The notes under the pieces: model-generated
Told to the model about the DNA's origin: nothing
Database searches by the model: none
What the model saw: the letters and a program-made list of their open reading frames with translations, nothing else
Position numbers and translations under genes: made by a program
Assembly (NCBI GenBank): GCA_051532035.1
Contig: JAOPTW010000012.1
Coordinates: 1 to 64,000, forward strand
Direction of reading: 5' to 3'
Origin: Fibrobacterales bacterium
GTDB lineage: Bacteria > Fibrobacterota > Fibrobacteria > Fibrobacterales > JAOPTW01
DNA length: 64,000 nt
Shown here: positions 22,123-33,294 of the stretch, piece by piece
How the letters are laid out: each line of letters opens with the position of its first letter
Numbering within the stretch: position 1 is the stretch's first letter

Positions 22123-25100
22123 ATGGAAGAGAAATTGAGCAGCTTTTTGAAAATGGTACTACTCCTCTTATGTGTACTTGTGGCAAGTACCGACCTATTT
22201 GCAGCAACTCCTACGAGTAGTGATACGACCATTTCTGTAATTGAAGATTCTCTTTATACCTTCGTTTCGACTGATATATTTTATGAAGATGGTGATAGTG
22301 ACCCTATAAAAGCGGTCGTATTTGTAACCGTTGCACAAAATGGAACAGTGACCTATGCAGGAGATGATCTTGAGGCTGCGGTAGAAGTATCTGATTTGAC
22401 ACAACTCATCTATACCCCTGCAGCTGATAGTTCGGGGCAAAAAAGTGACACATTAACTTTTCGAGTGATAGATAGTAATGATGATGTCAGCGATTCGACC
22501 TATACTCTCTTCATTGACATTGAAGCACGGGCTGATAGTAGTACGGTTCGAGACCTTTTGATTACCCTTCCCGAAGATGGCTATCGCTATCTTTCACGAG
22601 ACTCTATAGAAAGTGCCTTTAATGACCCCGATGGAGATACCCCCGCAGGAGTACTTTTAACCGATATCCCGGAGAATCTTTCAGTGATATATGGGGCAGA
22701 TACCCTAGCAACAGGGGATACCTTAGCTATTGGGCAGATTCCATCTGTTTTTGTAAAACCTGGCGAAAATTGGCATGGAACGGCCTCTATTGGGTGGACC
22801 GCTTATGATGACTCTCTCCCGGCCAAAGACAGTGCATGGATACACTATACTATTACTTCTCAAAATGATGCACCCTATGGTGTGCTCTCTGCGACGGCTG
22901 ATACTGTTGAGGAAGATAGCCATTACAGTAGTTTTGTCATAGACTCTATAAACCCTCAAGATAGTGGAGAGGGCCAGACTATTATTGCAGTCACTGCCGT
23001 TTCGGGGGATTCTGCAATGGTACGTGATATTGAAGCTGCGTGGCTCCCCGAAGAGCAGCGGGTGATTGTACAGTATAAGCCAGAACCTGACCAGTGGGGT
23101 GTTGTTGCTCTTTCGGTTATTATTAAAGATGATGGTGGTACCGAAAATGGAGGATGTGATTCTCTTAAAGCGACAGTAATACTCACTATTGAGCCAGAGC
23201 AAGATATTCCCACTGGGACAGACTCGTTGGTGACCTTTTACGAAGATGTTCCGCATCAGTTTACACGCAGTGATTTCTCGTATCACGATCTTGATGGTGA
23301 AGCGTTAACGTCGGTACTAATAACGACGGTACCAAGTAAAGGAGACTTCTTTTATGATGTTAATGAAAATGGAGTTATGGAGCCCTTGGAAAAACTTCAT
23401 GCGGGCGCAACACTGTATCCCGAAGATTTTACTGATCTTCGGGTAACCTATACGGGCATTCTTCACGAACATGGGGACAGCTATACAACTCTTGAATATC
23501 GCGTGTCTGACGGTACCGATTATAGTGCCCCTATAGAGCTTACCATTACATTATTAGCAGTAAATGACGCACCACAAGCGGTGACGTTACCAATAACCGA
23601 GGGAATCTATGCAGTTGGTGAGGTTATCACAGGGGTGAATGGTATATGGAGTGATTCTATTGATAGTGACACGACAACTATTGAGTATAGTTATCAGTGG
23701 TTTATCACCGATGATACGCTCAGTTTAGCAATAGATACCATTACATTAAACGAAGATACTATTACCGTCTCAATATATAATGTGGGGCGCTATTTGAGTT
23801 TTGGTGTCTATGCATGGGATAACGGTGTGGGAGTGGGAACGCCGTATACCATGGTTCAAAGTGAGTGGAAACAAATTGAAAATTTTGCACCGACTATTTC
23901 AGAAGGCCTTCTGATTGCTGCACCAGCGATGTCCGAAGATGCTGATCCGGTACCGTTTGATTTAACGCTTCATGGTGTAGACGAAAATGGCGATGTGGTG
24001 TTGTGGCGTATTGCTCAGGAACCATATCATGGAACCCTTGCATTGGATATTGATGGAGATAGCGTAGTGTTGGTCTATGTGCCCGTTGAGAATTATTTCG
24101 GCAGTGACTTTTTTGAAATCGCAGTATTTGATACCCATGGTGCAGAGAGTGTGAGTAGGGTTACTGTTGAGGTAGAGCCTGTTGCAGACCTTCCGACGTT
24201 TACTTCGTCTGATACTCTGGTTTTGGTTGATGAAGATAGAGAAGAGACTCTTTGGCTCCATGCCTTTGATGGTGATGATCATGAGATAGAGTGGGAAATT
24301 GACACCCAAGGAACCATGGGGGTTGCACGGGTGAGTGGCACGGGCACGACCAAAGCAGTCTATTATGTACCGAGTCAGGATACCGCTGGTATTGACTCAT
24401 TTAGTGTTGCTATCTATAATGACAAAGGGAGAGATACCCTTTGGGTAACAACTGAGATACAAGCTGTTGATGATGTGCCGGTCATTACCGAAGGTGATAC
24501 TATTGAAATTACGATAGATGAGGATGGCTCACCACGGGGATTTGCATTAACCCTGAACGCAACGGATGACACTCCAGGCATACTTACATGGCGCATTTCT
24601 CAACACGCACAAAAGGGGAGCGCCGTTGTAACAGGTACGGGGAACGCAAAGAATGTATCCTATACTCCTATGAGTAATGTGGTTGGTGATGATAGTTTTA
24701 TGGTTTCGGTGACTGATGCTATAGGGTTACATTCAACAATTGTTGTTGTGGTACATATCGCACCAGTAAATGATGCTCCGCAGCTGGATCCTATTGGGAC
24801 TATTGAAAGTGATGAAGGCGTTGCTTTTAGAACAGTGGTTCTTAGCCCTTATGTAGTAGACCCGGATAATAGTGATCGTGAATTTATATGGCAGGCTATA
24901 AGTGGCACACATGTTGTTGCATCTGTTGCGTCAAATGGAGCCCTTACTCTTGAACCCTTGAATGAAGATTGGCATGGTACCGATACCATTACCCTTATTG
25001 TTGATGATAGTGCTGAAGGAAGAGACACCGCATTTGTAGAAGTAGTCGTATACTCTGTAAATGATGCGCCGGTATTTGAATCGGCACCCGTTGTTTTGGG

Positions 25101-27918
25101 TGATCATGAACCGGGAGCGCGTCTTACTATTGATAAAGGTATTTGGAATGATTCTGCTGATGGCGCAACAGAATTCCTCACTATTTCGCACACGTGGCAA
25201 AAGGGTGATAACCCTTACGGGGTGAACGTCGTTGATTTAGGAGATGCCCTTGATTTTGATCTCACAGAAAGTGAGAGAAATTGGTACTTCAGAAGCATTG
25301 TCACGGTAACTGATAATGCAGAGCCAGCAGCTACGACGCTTTTTAGAACACCATGGAGAAAAATTAATACTCCACCATCACGTACGGGGGGGCTTGATAC
25401 TCTTATGCTGCATGAGGATGACACTCTGACTTTGGTTGCACTCAATACCTATTATACTGACCCTGATGATGATATGAATGATATGAATATCCATGTGGTG
25501 TCTCATGATCATCAATCCCTTGCGATGGTGCAAGTACACAGTACCACCCTCTCGATTATACCTCATGAAAATATTTTTGGAGCATCGCCACTTGAGATTA
25601 AAGTAATCTCGGGGAGTGATACTCTTATGGATACATTACACTTGGTTGTTGAGCCCGTTGATGACGCACCAACACCTGTTGGTTCATATGCAAGTTTGCA
25701 ACGACTTGAAGAGAGTGCTCCGGATACGATACTTTTGACGGGTTCATTTATTGATATCGATTCTGACTCAATAGTATACTCATACTCGTTAAATACCGAT
25801 AGTGTGGTGTCGGTAGTGCAAAAAGGCGACACGTTAATTGTTGATTATTTAGAGGATCGGTATGGAGTAACCGAGGTGACTATTATGGCAACTGCAGATG
25901 GATTGACTCGTGAGGCACTGATGGTGGTTCGCGTGATCCCAGTAGATGATGCTATTGTGGCTCTTGATACCATTCCTGATAAAATAGTGGTAGAAGATGC
26001 CGCTCCTATAGTTATTCTTTTACCCGACTATTTTTATAACCCTGATAATATAACTTTTGCCTATGGAGTCAGTGGCTGTAGTGGCACCCTCTTGCACTGT
26101 AGCGTTATCGGTGATACCTTAACGATTACCCCTGTAACCGATGCATGGGGGATTGGCGCGGTAACCGTCAGAGCAGGGGATATAACCGATGATTTCTCCG
26201 TTACCGTTACATCTGTTGATGATGCACCTCGGGCCCTGTTTGGTGGTGATACCTTGTTGGTTTACGAAGATCGCGTTCCTATGACGCTTGCTTTGACCGA
26301 CCTGTATAGTGATCCGGATTCTGAAAGTGCAGTACTGAGTGCAACAGTAGTTTCGTCCACTACTCTCATTACGGCAACAACACACGCAGACTCTCTGACC
26401 TGTGTATTTGCCCCAGACGAGTCTGGTTTTGGGTATCTCTATGTTGCGGTAACCGCGGCGGGCGTTACTCTTTTCGATACTATCCCTATAACCGTACTGG
26501 CTGTGGATGATCCGGTAACAGTACTTCGAACCCTCGATACTCTGTATAGTGAAGAGGATGGGGGCCCCCTTTCGGTACCACTCACTAATCTGTTTGTTGA
26601 TAAAGACTCACCGATGGATTCCATTACGTATACTCTTTCTTTTGGCAGTGTAGTTGGAGTAACCGCAGCAGTGACTGAAGATATACTATCACTGACGCTC
26701 AAGGAACATTACTCAGGTACTACTGTGGTTCGTATCGGTGTAGCCGGAAGTCCAGGGGTGTCTGTCGAGCAAGTAGTTGTAGTGAGCCCGGTTAATGATA
26801 CCCCACAATTAGAGGATCTTAAAATTGAGGTGAGCGAAGATACCAAAGTAAAAGCGGTTATTAGTCGGTTGAGTGCATTTGACCCCGATGGGGATGTGCT
26901 GAGGTGGGAAATTCTTGATCCTCTGAGTCAGGTCGCGTTATACAGTGGTACAGATCTACTGTATGTTGCGGAGCCCCTCACTATTGCAGATGGAATCGTT
27001 CACGATTTTAGAATTGCTGTTTTTGATTCACTCAGCAGTGATACTGCCGTTGTGACCCTCTTTGTGAAACGTACTAACAATGCTCCTGTTGCACATGATA
27101 CTGTCTTTACTATTACAAACAATACCGACCGATATACACGGGTCGGTACGATTGTTTCTTATGATATAGATAACGACCCTCTCTCTTATAGAATAGTGGG
27201 CTCAGATGCATTTATTATCGGGCGCGATGGGTCCATTAAATCAAGTAGACCTCTTTCGGATTCAGATGTCTATTTGTTTGGGGTGGAGGTTCGCGATGCG
27301 TTTCGTGCTGATACTGCCACTGTAACGCTCCACATTACTGACACCACACTACAGGTAGTGGGAGAAACTGACCCGGTGAACGATACAAATTCTCAACGAG
27401 CAGACACAGTGGTTTCTAAAGAAGGGGGGGCACGAGTAACGAAACGCGAATTTATAATGCTCTTTGATACCCTGAGTCTGGGAACTGTTGTGGCGTACTT
27501 TCCTGGTATTGATGAAAGTGATAGCGTGCAGATTACTGGTCTCAACCAGATGTTTGTAGAGAGTAATGGTGAGGTGGTTCTTGCTGGAACACTCCATTTT
27601 GGTGAGATCTATTATCTAGAGTGTACTTATTTTAATCAAGATACAACGTTGGTTCTTGTAAAAGAGCTGCGGGTGGCAAGAGCGGTTCCTGCCCCTCAAG
27701 TATCCGATATATTTGAGACGGTGAGACGGAACTCAGTTGAGTCTCTGCGAATAATTGTGCGGAGAGATACAGAAATTGTTCTTAAAAATAACCCTCAAGA
27801 AGTGCAAATTTTTGCTATTACAGGCAAAAAAGTAAAAACAGTTGCAGTAAATGGTAAAGATCGGTATACTATATCTGATGATGTATCTCCTGGGATCTAT
27901 GTTGTTGTTATACGTTGA
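22123..27918 (+). CDS. Large surface adhesin with tandem Ig-like/cadherin-like (tandem-95/Big_9) repeats and T9SS-like C-terminal tail (ORF track start 21937)
   Basis: Many V(N/D)DAP / ED..DxDGD repeats; signal peptide after MEEK; C-terminus IFAITGKKV...PGIYVVVIR. Confidence 0.85.
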   Translation: MEEKLSSFLKMVLLLLCVLVASTDLFAATPTSSDTTISVIEDSLYTFVSTDIFYEDGDSDPIKAVVFVTVAQNGTVTYAGDDLEAAVEVSDLTQLIYTPAADSSGQKSDTLTFRVIDSNDDVSDSTYTLFIDIEARADSSTVRDLLITLPEDGYRYLSRDSIESAFNDPDGDTPAGVLLTDIPENLSVIYGADTLATGDTLAIGQIPSVFVKPGENWHGTASIGWTAYDDSLPAKDSAWIHYTITSQNDAPYGVLSATADTVEEDSHYSSFVIDSINPQDSGEGQTIIAVTAVSGDSAMVRDIEAAWLPEEQRVIVQYKPEPDQWGVVALSVIIKDDGGTENGGCDSLKATVILTIEPEQDIPTGTDSLVTFYEDVPHQFTRSDFSYHDLDGEALTSVLITTVPSKGDFFYDVNENGVMEPLEKLHAGATLYPEDFTDLRVTYTGILHEHGDSYTTLEYRVSDGTDYSAPIELTITLLAVNDAPQAVTLPITEGIYAVGEVITGVNGIWSDSIDSDTTTIEYSYQWFITDDTLSLAIDTITLNEDTITVSIYNVGRYLSFGVYAWDNGVGVGTPYTMVQSEWKQIENFAPTISEGLLIAAPAMSEDADPVPFDLTLHGVDENGDVVLWRIAQEPYHGTLALDIDGDSVVLVYVPVENYFGSDFFEIAVFDTHGAESVSRVTVEVEPVADLPTFTSSDTLVLVDEDREETLWLHAFDGDDHEIEWEIDTQGTMGVARVSGTGTTKAVYYVPSQDTAGIDSFSVAIYNDKGRDTLWVTTEIQAVDDVPVITEGDTIEITIDEDGSPRGFALTLNATDDTPGILTWRISQHAQKGSAVVTGTGNAKNVSYTPMSNVVGDDSFMVSVTDAIGLHSTIVVVVHIAPVNDAPQLDPIGTIESDEGVAFRTVVLSPYVVDPDNSDREFIWQAISGTHVVASVASNGALTLEPLNEDWHGTDTITLIVDDSAEGRDTAFVEVVVYSVNDAPVFESAPVVLGDHEPGARLTIDKGIWNDSADGATEFLTISHTWQKGDNPYGVNVVDLGDALDFDLTESERNWYFRSIVTVTDNAEPAATTLFRTPWRKINTPPSRTGGLDTLMLHEDDTLTLVALNTYYTDPDDDMNDMNIHVVSHDHQSLAMVQVHSTTLSIIPHENIFGASPLEIKVISGSDTLMDTLHLVVEPVDDAPTPVGSYASLQRLEESAPDTILLTGSFIDIDSDSIVYSYSLNTDSVVSVVQKGDTLIVDYLEDRYGVTEVTIMATADGLTREALMVVRVIPVDDAIVALDTIPDKIVVEDAAPIVILLPDYFYNPDNITFAYGVSGCSGTLLHCSVIGDTLTITPVTDAWGIGAVTVRAGDITDDFSVTVTSVDDAPRALFGGDTLLVYEDRVPMTLALTDLYSDPDSESAVLSATVVSSTTLITATTHADSLTCVFAPDESGFGYLYVAVTAAGVTLFDTIPITVLAVDDPVTVLRTLDTLYSEEDGGPLSVPLTNLFVDKDSPMDSITYTLSFGSVVGVTAAVTEDILSLTLKEHYSGTTVVRIGVAGSPGVSVEQVVVVSPVNDTPQLEDLKIEVSEDTKVKAVISRLSAFDPDGDVLRWEILDPLSQVALYSGTDLLYVAEPLTIADGIVHDFRIAVFDSLSSDTAVVTLFVKRTNNAPVAHDTVFTITNNTDRYTRVGTIVSYDIDNDPLSYRIVGSDAFIIGRDGSIKSSRPLSDSDVYLFGVEVRDAFRADTATVTLHITDTTLQVVGETDPVNDTNSQRADTVVSKEGGARVTKREFIMLFDTLSLGTVVAYFPGIDESDSVQITGLNQMFVESNGEVVLAGTLHFGEIYYLECTYFNQDTTLVLVKELRVARAVPAPQVSDIFETVRRNSVESLRIIVRRDTEIVLKNNPQEVQIFAITGKKVKTVAVNGKDRYTISDDVSPGIYVVVIR

Positions 27919-27943
27919 TGTTCAATGTAAATGACAATAGGGT

Positions 27944-29203
27944 TTGAGGCTATTGAGGGTAGTTGTGCAAAAAAGTATTTTACAGACGATCAAGTTTCTA
28001 TTGCTCCCTGCTATTATTACTTTGGGGGCTATAGTTGCAGCCATGAATTTGGATGGACTTCCTGAATCGTTTTCTGGTATCTTAATATTACTTCCTTATA
28101 TGGCTATAATATTTGGGTTGGGCATCTCATACAAATTTAACAGAGTCAAAGAGGTGTTCTATTTTCTGCATATGGGAATAGCCTACTTCTTATTTTCTCG
28201 GTATTTTAGTCTTGAGTCCGAGGTAGAGCCTATTGTTGCAGAAACAGTCTTTCATGCAGTCACGGTATTTGTACCGCTCAATATTTTGATTCTCTCATTC
28301 TTAAAAGAACGCCCGTTTTTTACACCCGATGGTATCATTCGATTTTTTGTAATGATACTCCAGGGGCTCTTTACCTTCTGGATTATTTTCATTGAAAGCT
28401 ACTATACTGTTGGCTTGTTGAATATCAAGCATTTTAATGTGATGCAACTTTTTACAGTATCTGAACTCTCCTTTTTTACTTCTATAGCTGCACTGGTAGT
28501 AATGGGGGTTAAAACTTTTCGAGCGCGGAACTATGAACAGATGGGAGCTTTTGCTGCCCTCTTTCCTCTCTTCTTGGCGTTTCTTGCTGTTGATACCTAT
28601 GGTGCCTTTTCACTCCTTATTACAGCATCTGCACTTTCACTTATTGTAGGAACAGTGTTTAACTCGTTCAATCTGGCCTACGTCGATGAATTGACTGGTA
28701 TCTTGGGGCGTCGTGCTATGCGTGAGAAGATGGCTTCACTCACTGGTACGTATACTATTGCTATGATGGATATTGATCACTTTAAAAACTTTAATGATAC
28801 CTATGGGCATGATGTCGGTGATGATGTCCTCCGTATGGTTGCAAATCAGATTGCTGCAGTGACCGGTGGTGGACGTGCCTATCGTTTTGGTGGGGAAGAG
28901 TTTACCGTTGTGTTTCCGAATAAAACAATCCGACAGACCTTAAAGCATTTGGAGCAGGTTCGGGTGAATGTACAAGACTATCAGTTCTCTATTCGTAATA
29001 AAGTAGAGCGACCGAACAGTGGTCAAGATGGAACTAAAAAGAGGAAGATACCACCACGATCATCAACGATGGTTTCAGTCGCTATTAGTATTGGGGTGGC
29101 AGAAAAGGATACTGAGCATATAGAACCAGAAGATGTACTCAAAGGTGCAGACAAAGCGCTCTATCGTGCTAAAAATAATGGGCGTAATCAGCTCAGTCAC
29201 TAA
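27944..29203 (+). CDS. Membrane diguanylate cyclase (GGEEF)
   Basis: Multi-TM N-terminus; DELTG, DIDHFKNFNDTYGHDVGD, RFGGEEF, ADKALYRAK..GRN. Confidence 0.93.
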   Translation: MRLLRVVVQKSILQTIKFLLLPAIITLGAIVAAMNLDGLPESFSGILILLPYMAIIFGLGISYKFNRVKEVFYFLHMGIAYFLFSRYFSLESEVEPIVAETVFHAVTVFVPLNILILSFLKERPFFTPDGIIRFFVMILQGLFTFWIIFIESYYTVGLLNIKHFNVMQLFTVSELSFFTSIAALVVMGVKTFRARNYEQMGAFAALFPLFLAFLAVDTYGAFSLLITASALSLIVGTVFNSFNLAYVDELTGILGRRAMREKMASLTGTYTIAMMDIDHFKNFNDTYGHDVGDDVLRMVANQIAAVTGGGRAYRFGGEEFTVVFPNKTIRQTLKHLEQVRVNVQDYQFSIRNKVERPNSGQDGTKKRKIPPRSSTMVSVAISIGVAEKDTEHIEPEDVLKGADKALYRAKNNGRNQLSH

Positions 29204-29263
29204 AAGAATAATTCAGAGTTTAGCATTAAGAATTGATGATTAGATACTTATGAATTCAAAAGA

Positions 29264-29527
29264 TTAGTCATCGTAGATGATACTGAATACGCGCCCAATA
29301 GCTTCTACAGCTTCATATTCGTTGGGGCCATCTGCTTGTACCATGAGAGTATCGTTTTGGAGTGCTTCGAGTTGCATGATGTCTAAAATGCTTTTTGCAT
29401 TAGCGGTAAAATCATTTTTTGTTATAAGGATATTACACTGGTGATTCATGGCTTCTTGGGCAAGTAATGCAGACGGACGGGCATGAAGCCCTTTAGGGTT
29501 TTCTAACGTAAAACTCGATTGATACAT
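29264..29527 (-). CDS. ptsH: HPr phosphocarrier protein
   Basis: GLHARP (His15) and NAKSIL (Ser46) motifs. Confidence 0.92.
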   Translation of the reverse strand: MYQSSFTLENPKGLHARPSALLAQEAMNHQCNILITKNDFTANAKSILDIMQLEALQNDTLMVQADGPNEYEAVEAIGRVFSIIYDD

Positions 29528-29652
29528 TATCCTGCCTCACTAAAGTACATTTGAGTTGTATGTATAGTGTCATTGTAATAAAATAACAACTGATATACGA
29601 GTTCATTTGAGAAGTTAGACTCTAGAACTCGTTGTTTTTAGGTAATAGAGGC

Positions 29653-32289
29653 CTACAAATAGTTCTCTTTGAGCTCTGCGACAAATTGTAACGCTCCCAT
29701 AGGAGTCATGTTGTTCAGGTCTGCTTTGGAAAGATCGTTGATGAGGAGTTTATGATTTTCGGTCATTGGCTCTGGTTCAAAGAGATCTTGTTGTGGCTTC
29801 TCTTCAATATCAAATGAGGCATCAAGAGGTACGGTACGTTTAGATTCAAGTCTGAGGAGAATTTTCTTTGCCCTCAGAATTACATTCTTAGGAACGCCAG
29901 CCATACCAGCAACTTGAATACCGTAACTTGAATCACAGGGCCCTTTTTTAATCTTTCTCAAAAAGAGGAGTGAGCCTTGTTGTTCTTTAACCGAGATGTG
30001 ATAATTTTCAACGCGCTTAAGACTCTCTTCGAGAGAGCTGAGTTCATGGTAGTGAGTCGCAAAGAGTGTTTTGCCCGCAATAGACGGTTCGTTGTGCAGC
30101 GTTTCTACAATGGCCCATGCTAAAGAGAGTCCGTCAAAAGTACTGGTACCGCGACCAATTTCATCGAGGAGTATCAGTGACTTTGCCGTAGCGTTATTAA
30201 GTATATTTGCGGTCTCAATCATTTCGACCATAAACGTTGATTGACCTTTACTGAGTCGATCTGACGCACCAACACGCGTAAAGATTCGGTCGCATATTCC
30301 GATTTCTGCCTTTTCGGCAGAAACAAATGAACCAATCTGGGCAAGAAGCACAATGAGCCCTGTCTGGCGAAGATAGGTTGATTTACCCGCCATGTTGGGG
30401 CCGGTAATGAGCATTATTTGGCGCCCTTTGGCATCCATATCGGCATCGTTACGAATAAAAGTAATGTCGGGATTCATTTTGGTAATGACCGGATGCCAGC
30501 CACCATGAATAGCGAGGTCAGTGCCTTCTTTTATAGAGGGCCGCATAAAGTTCTGCTTACGTGCAGCAAGTGCCAGTGAGTAGAGTGAATCTACAGAAGC
30601 GATATCATCGGCAACAGAACGGAGTTCACTACACCAACCGTTCGCTTCATTTCTGAGTTCTGTAAAAATTTGATATTCCAGCTGATTGATCTGAGATTCT
30701 GCATTGAGGATTTTTGTCTCATACTCTTTCATCTCGGGAGTAATAAATCGCTCGGCATTGGCGAGGGTCTGTTTACGAATGTAGGTGTCGGGAATTTTAT
30801 CAATATGCTGTTTGGTTGTTTCAAGATAATAGCCAAACACTTTATTAAAGCCAACTTTTAGCGTTGGAATGTTAAGGCGCTTTTTCTCGCGAGCTTCTAA
30901 GCCAGCCAGCCATTCTCGTGCTTCACGGATACCTTCGTTGAGGGCGTCAAGTTTTTCATTGGCCCCTCGACAAATCATCTTACCTTCACGAAGGGTGAGA
31001 GGAAGATCGTCGTTGAGGAGGTCGAGTATGTATTCGCCTTTATGCCCGAGCTCAGAAAGACTCTGTTGCAGGTGGGCAAAAATAGGACTTTTAAGGTCGT
31101 TGAGTATTGATCCTATATTGTCGGCTTTAAGGAGTGAGCGACCGAGTGCTTGGAGGTCGCGGGCATTGGCTCTCCCTGAACCGATCCGTCCAATAAGGCG
31201 TTCGATATCGTTGATTTCTCGAAGCTCAAGCTTGAGGTCTTCTTGTAATATTTGACTTTCAAAAATTTCTTCAACGGCATCAAGTCGTTCATGAATAAGA
31301 TTTTTGTTAACGAGAGGATGCGAGACCCAGTGTTTGAGTTTACGACCACCCATTGCGGTAATGGTGTTGTCGAGTACCGAGATAAGGGTACTACTAGTAT
31401 CATCGTTGTTGAGTGGCTTTAAAAGCTCAAGATTACGAATGGTGGGGCCATCGAGCACCATGTAATCGGCAAGATGATGCACTTCAATGCGGTCGAGGTG
31501 ATCCAGCGAAGTTTTTTTAAGGTCGAGAGCATAGAGGAGTACGGCGCCCGCAGCGATTACCACTGAAGCTGTTTTTTCTATTCCAAAGGATTCTAATGTT
31601 TCGACTTTAAACTGTTTACACAGCTCTTTATTAGACTCTTCTAGGGTAAAATAGGTGTCTGGAAGAATAGAGACGAGTACTTTATCATTTTCTTTGAGGT
31701 CATCGACAAAAGGGAATTGGAGTGCGGTCTCTTCATTGACCAACACCTCTTTGGCGCCGATACGAAAAAGCTCATTCTCTATGTCTTTTGCGGTACCTTC
31801 TGCAACAAAAAAGGTTCCGGTACTAATGTCAAGTGCAGCGAGTGAGCAGTTGACCGAAGGGTCTACACTCATATAGATGCCAACAAGGTAGTTACTTGAC
31901 TTTGCATCGAGGGTTGATTCGTTGAGGTTGGTTCCTGCGGTTATCACTTCGATAACGTCGCGCTTTACAATACCAACAGCATCTTTAGGGTCTTCCATTT
32001 GTTCGCAGATAGCCACTTTATGGCCTGCTTGAATCATTTTGGGAATATATCGTTCGGCAGCATGATACGGAAAACCACAGAGTGGAGTCGGCTCTTTATC
32101 TTTACTGTTTCTACTGGTAAGAGTGATACCAAGAATTTTAGCGGCAAAGATGGCATCTTCATTAAACAGTTCGTAAAAGTCGCCCATTCTATAAAAGAGG
32201 ACACAGTCACTATAGTTTGCTTTAATATCTAAATACTGACGCATCATAGGCGTCAATTTTTTACCGGGTGCTTCCGCTGTTTTTGACAT
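29653..32289 (-). CDS. mutS: DNA mismatch repair protein MutS
   Basis: TPMMRQY, GDFYELF, TGPNMAGKST, STFMVEM, DEIGRGT, FATHYHEL. Confidence 0.98.
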   Translation of the reverse strand: MSKTAEAPGKKLTPMMRQYLDIKANYSDCVLFYRMGDFYELFNEDAIFAAKILGITLTSRNSKDKEPTPLCGFPYHAAERYIPKMIQAGHKVAICEQMEDPKDAVGIVKRDVIEVITAGTNLNESTLDAKSSNYLVGIYMSVDPSVNCSLAALDISTGTFFVAEGTAKDIENELFRIGAKEVLVNEETALQFPFVDDLKENDKVLVSILPDTYFTLEESNKELCKQFKVETLESFGIEKTASVVIAAGAVLLYALDLKKTSLDHLDRIEVHHLADYMVLDGPTIRNLELLKPLNNDDTSSTLISVLDNTITAMGGRKLKHWVSHPLVNKNLIHERLDAVEEIFESQILQEDLKLELREINDIERLIGRIGSGRANARDLQALGRSLLKADNIGSILNDLKSPIFAHLQQSLSELGHKGEYILDLLNDDLPLTLREGKMICRGANEKLDALNEGIREAREWLAGLEAREKKRLNIPTLKVGFNKVFGYYLETTKQHIDKIPDTYIRKQTLANAERFITPEMKEYETKILNAESQINQLEYQIFTELRNEANGWCSELRSVADDIASVDSLYSLALAARKQNFMRPSIKEGTDLAIHGGWHPVITKMNPDITFIRNDADMDAKGRQIMLITGPNMAGKSTYLRQTGLIVLLAQIGSFVSAEKAEIGICDRIFTRVGASDRLSKGQSTFMVEMIETANILNNATAKSLILLDEIGRGTSTFDGLSLAWAIVETLHNEPSIAGKTLFATHYHELSSLEESLKRVENYHISVKEQQGSLLFLRKIKKGPCDSSYGIQVAGMAGVPKNVILRAKKILLRLESKRTVPLDASFDIEEKPQQDLFEPEPMTENHKLLINDLSKADLNNMTPMGALQFVAELKENYL

Positions 32290-33014
32290 TATTTTTCCTG
32301 AGATCTGTTCAGAATAGAGAGCTGGTTTGGATCAGCCTCTGAATCCTCTTCCTCATCAATAAAGGGGCGAGGTTTGGTATCCATCTGTGGTAAGAGGAGA
32401 TCTGAGTTAATGATCTCATCGAGTTCATGGAGTTTTGGGAGGTCATCACTTATGCTGTTGATGTTAAAGTATTTCAAAAACTCATCGGTTGTCACATATT
32501 GGAATGCGCCACCAATTGAGGTTGAGCGTCCACTCATGACAACGAGTTTTTTCTCGAGAAGCATCTTAAGCGGTGCATCACATGATTGCACACCACGAAC
32601 CGATTCTATCTCTGCTTTTGTAATAGGTTGTTTGTAGGCAATAATAGAGAGTGTCTCGAGCGCAGCACGAGATATTTTTTTGTAACTACTGGTTTCATTG
32701 AATAGCTTTTTTACCCAAGGAAAGTATTTTACTTTAGTTCTAAAGCGAAATCCTTTTGCTTGTTCAACCATCTCAAAAGGACTATCAATCGAAGAAAGCT
32801 TTTTATTAATGAGGACAATACACTCACGGAGATACTTGGCATCAATAAATTCTCCAATGATCTCTCTAAACTTTTTAATAGGAATGGTATCACTTGCAGC
32901 AAATACAAGTGCCTGTACTACATCAGCGACTTCTTCAATATCTTGGAGTTCAATATTGTGGGCAGGAACATTCTGCTCTTCGGTCTCTTGATTAGTGTCA
33001 GTGCTTTGATCCAT
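32289..33014 (-). CDS. scpB: SMC-Scp complex subunit ScpB
   Basis: ALVFAA, SRAALETLSIIAYKQPITKAEIESVRGV, TTDEFLKYF; stop overlaps mutS start. Confidence 0.95.
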   Translation of the reverse strand: MDQSTDTNQETEEQNVPAHNIELQDIEEVADVVQALVFAASDTIPIKKFREIIGEFIDAKYLRECIVLINKKLSSIDSPFEMVEQAKGFRFRTKVKYFPWVKKLFNETSSYKKISRAALETLSIIAYKQPITKAEIESVRGVQSCDAPLKMLLEKKLVVMSGRSTSIGGAFQYVTTDEFLKYFNINSISDDLPKLHELDEIINSDLLLPQMDTKPRPFIDEEEDSEADPNQLSILNRSQEK

Positions 33015-33294
33015 TAACTACCTGATTTTGTGTATCTTACAGCAATATGATTGAGAAGGAAATATAGTTTATCGCTGAAAAAATAGGAGATTGATTCTGC
33101 ATTGGATTCGTGTTCTGGTTACAATCTACTTCTGTTATAGATGATGAAAGATGTATATGTATGAAAGGTGAACACATGTGCACTTAATTTGAACAATTGT
33201 CTTTTAACTGATTGAGGGTCCATCAAATCTTATTTTAACCCTGCGCGAGCTCCAGAATAAATTATTATTCATTTAGAAATAACAATGGTGGTTT

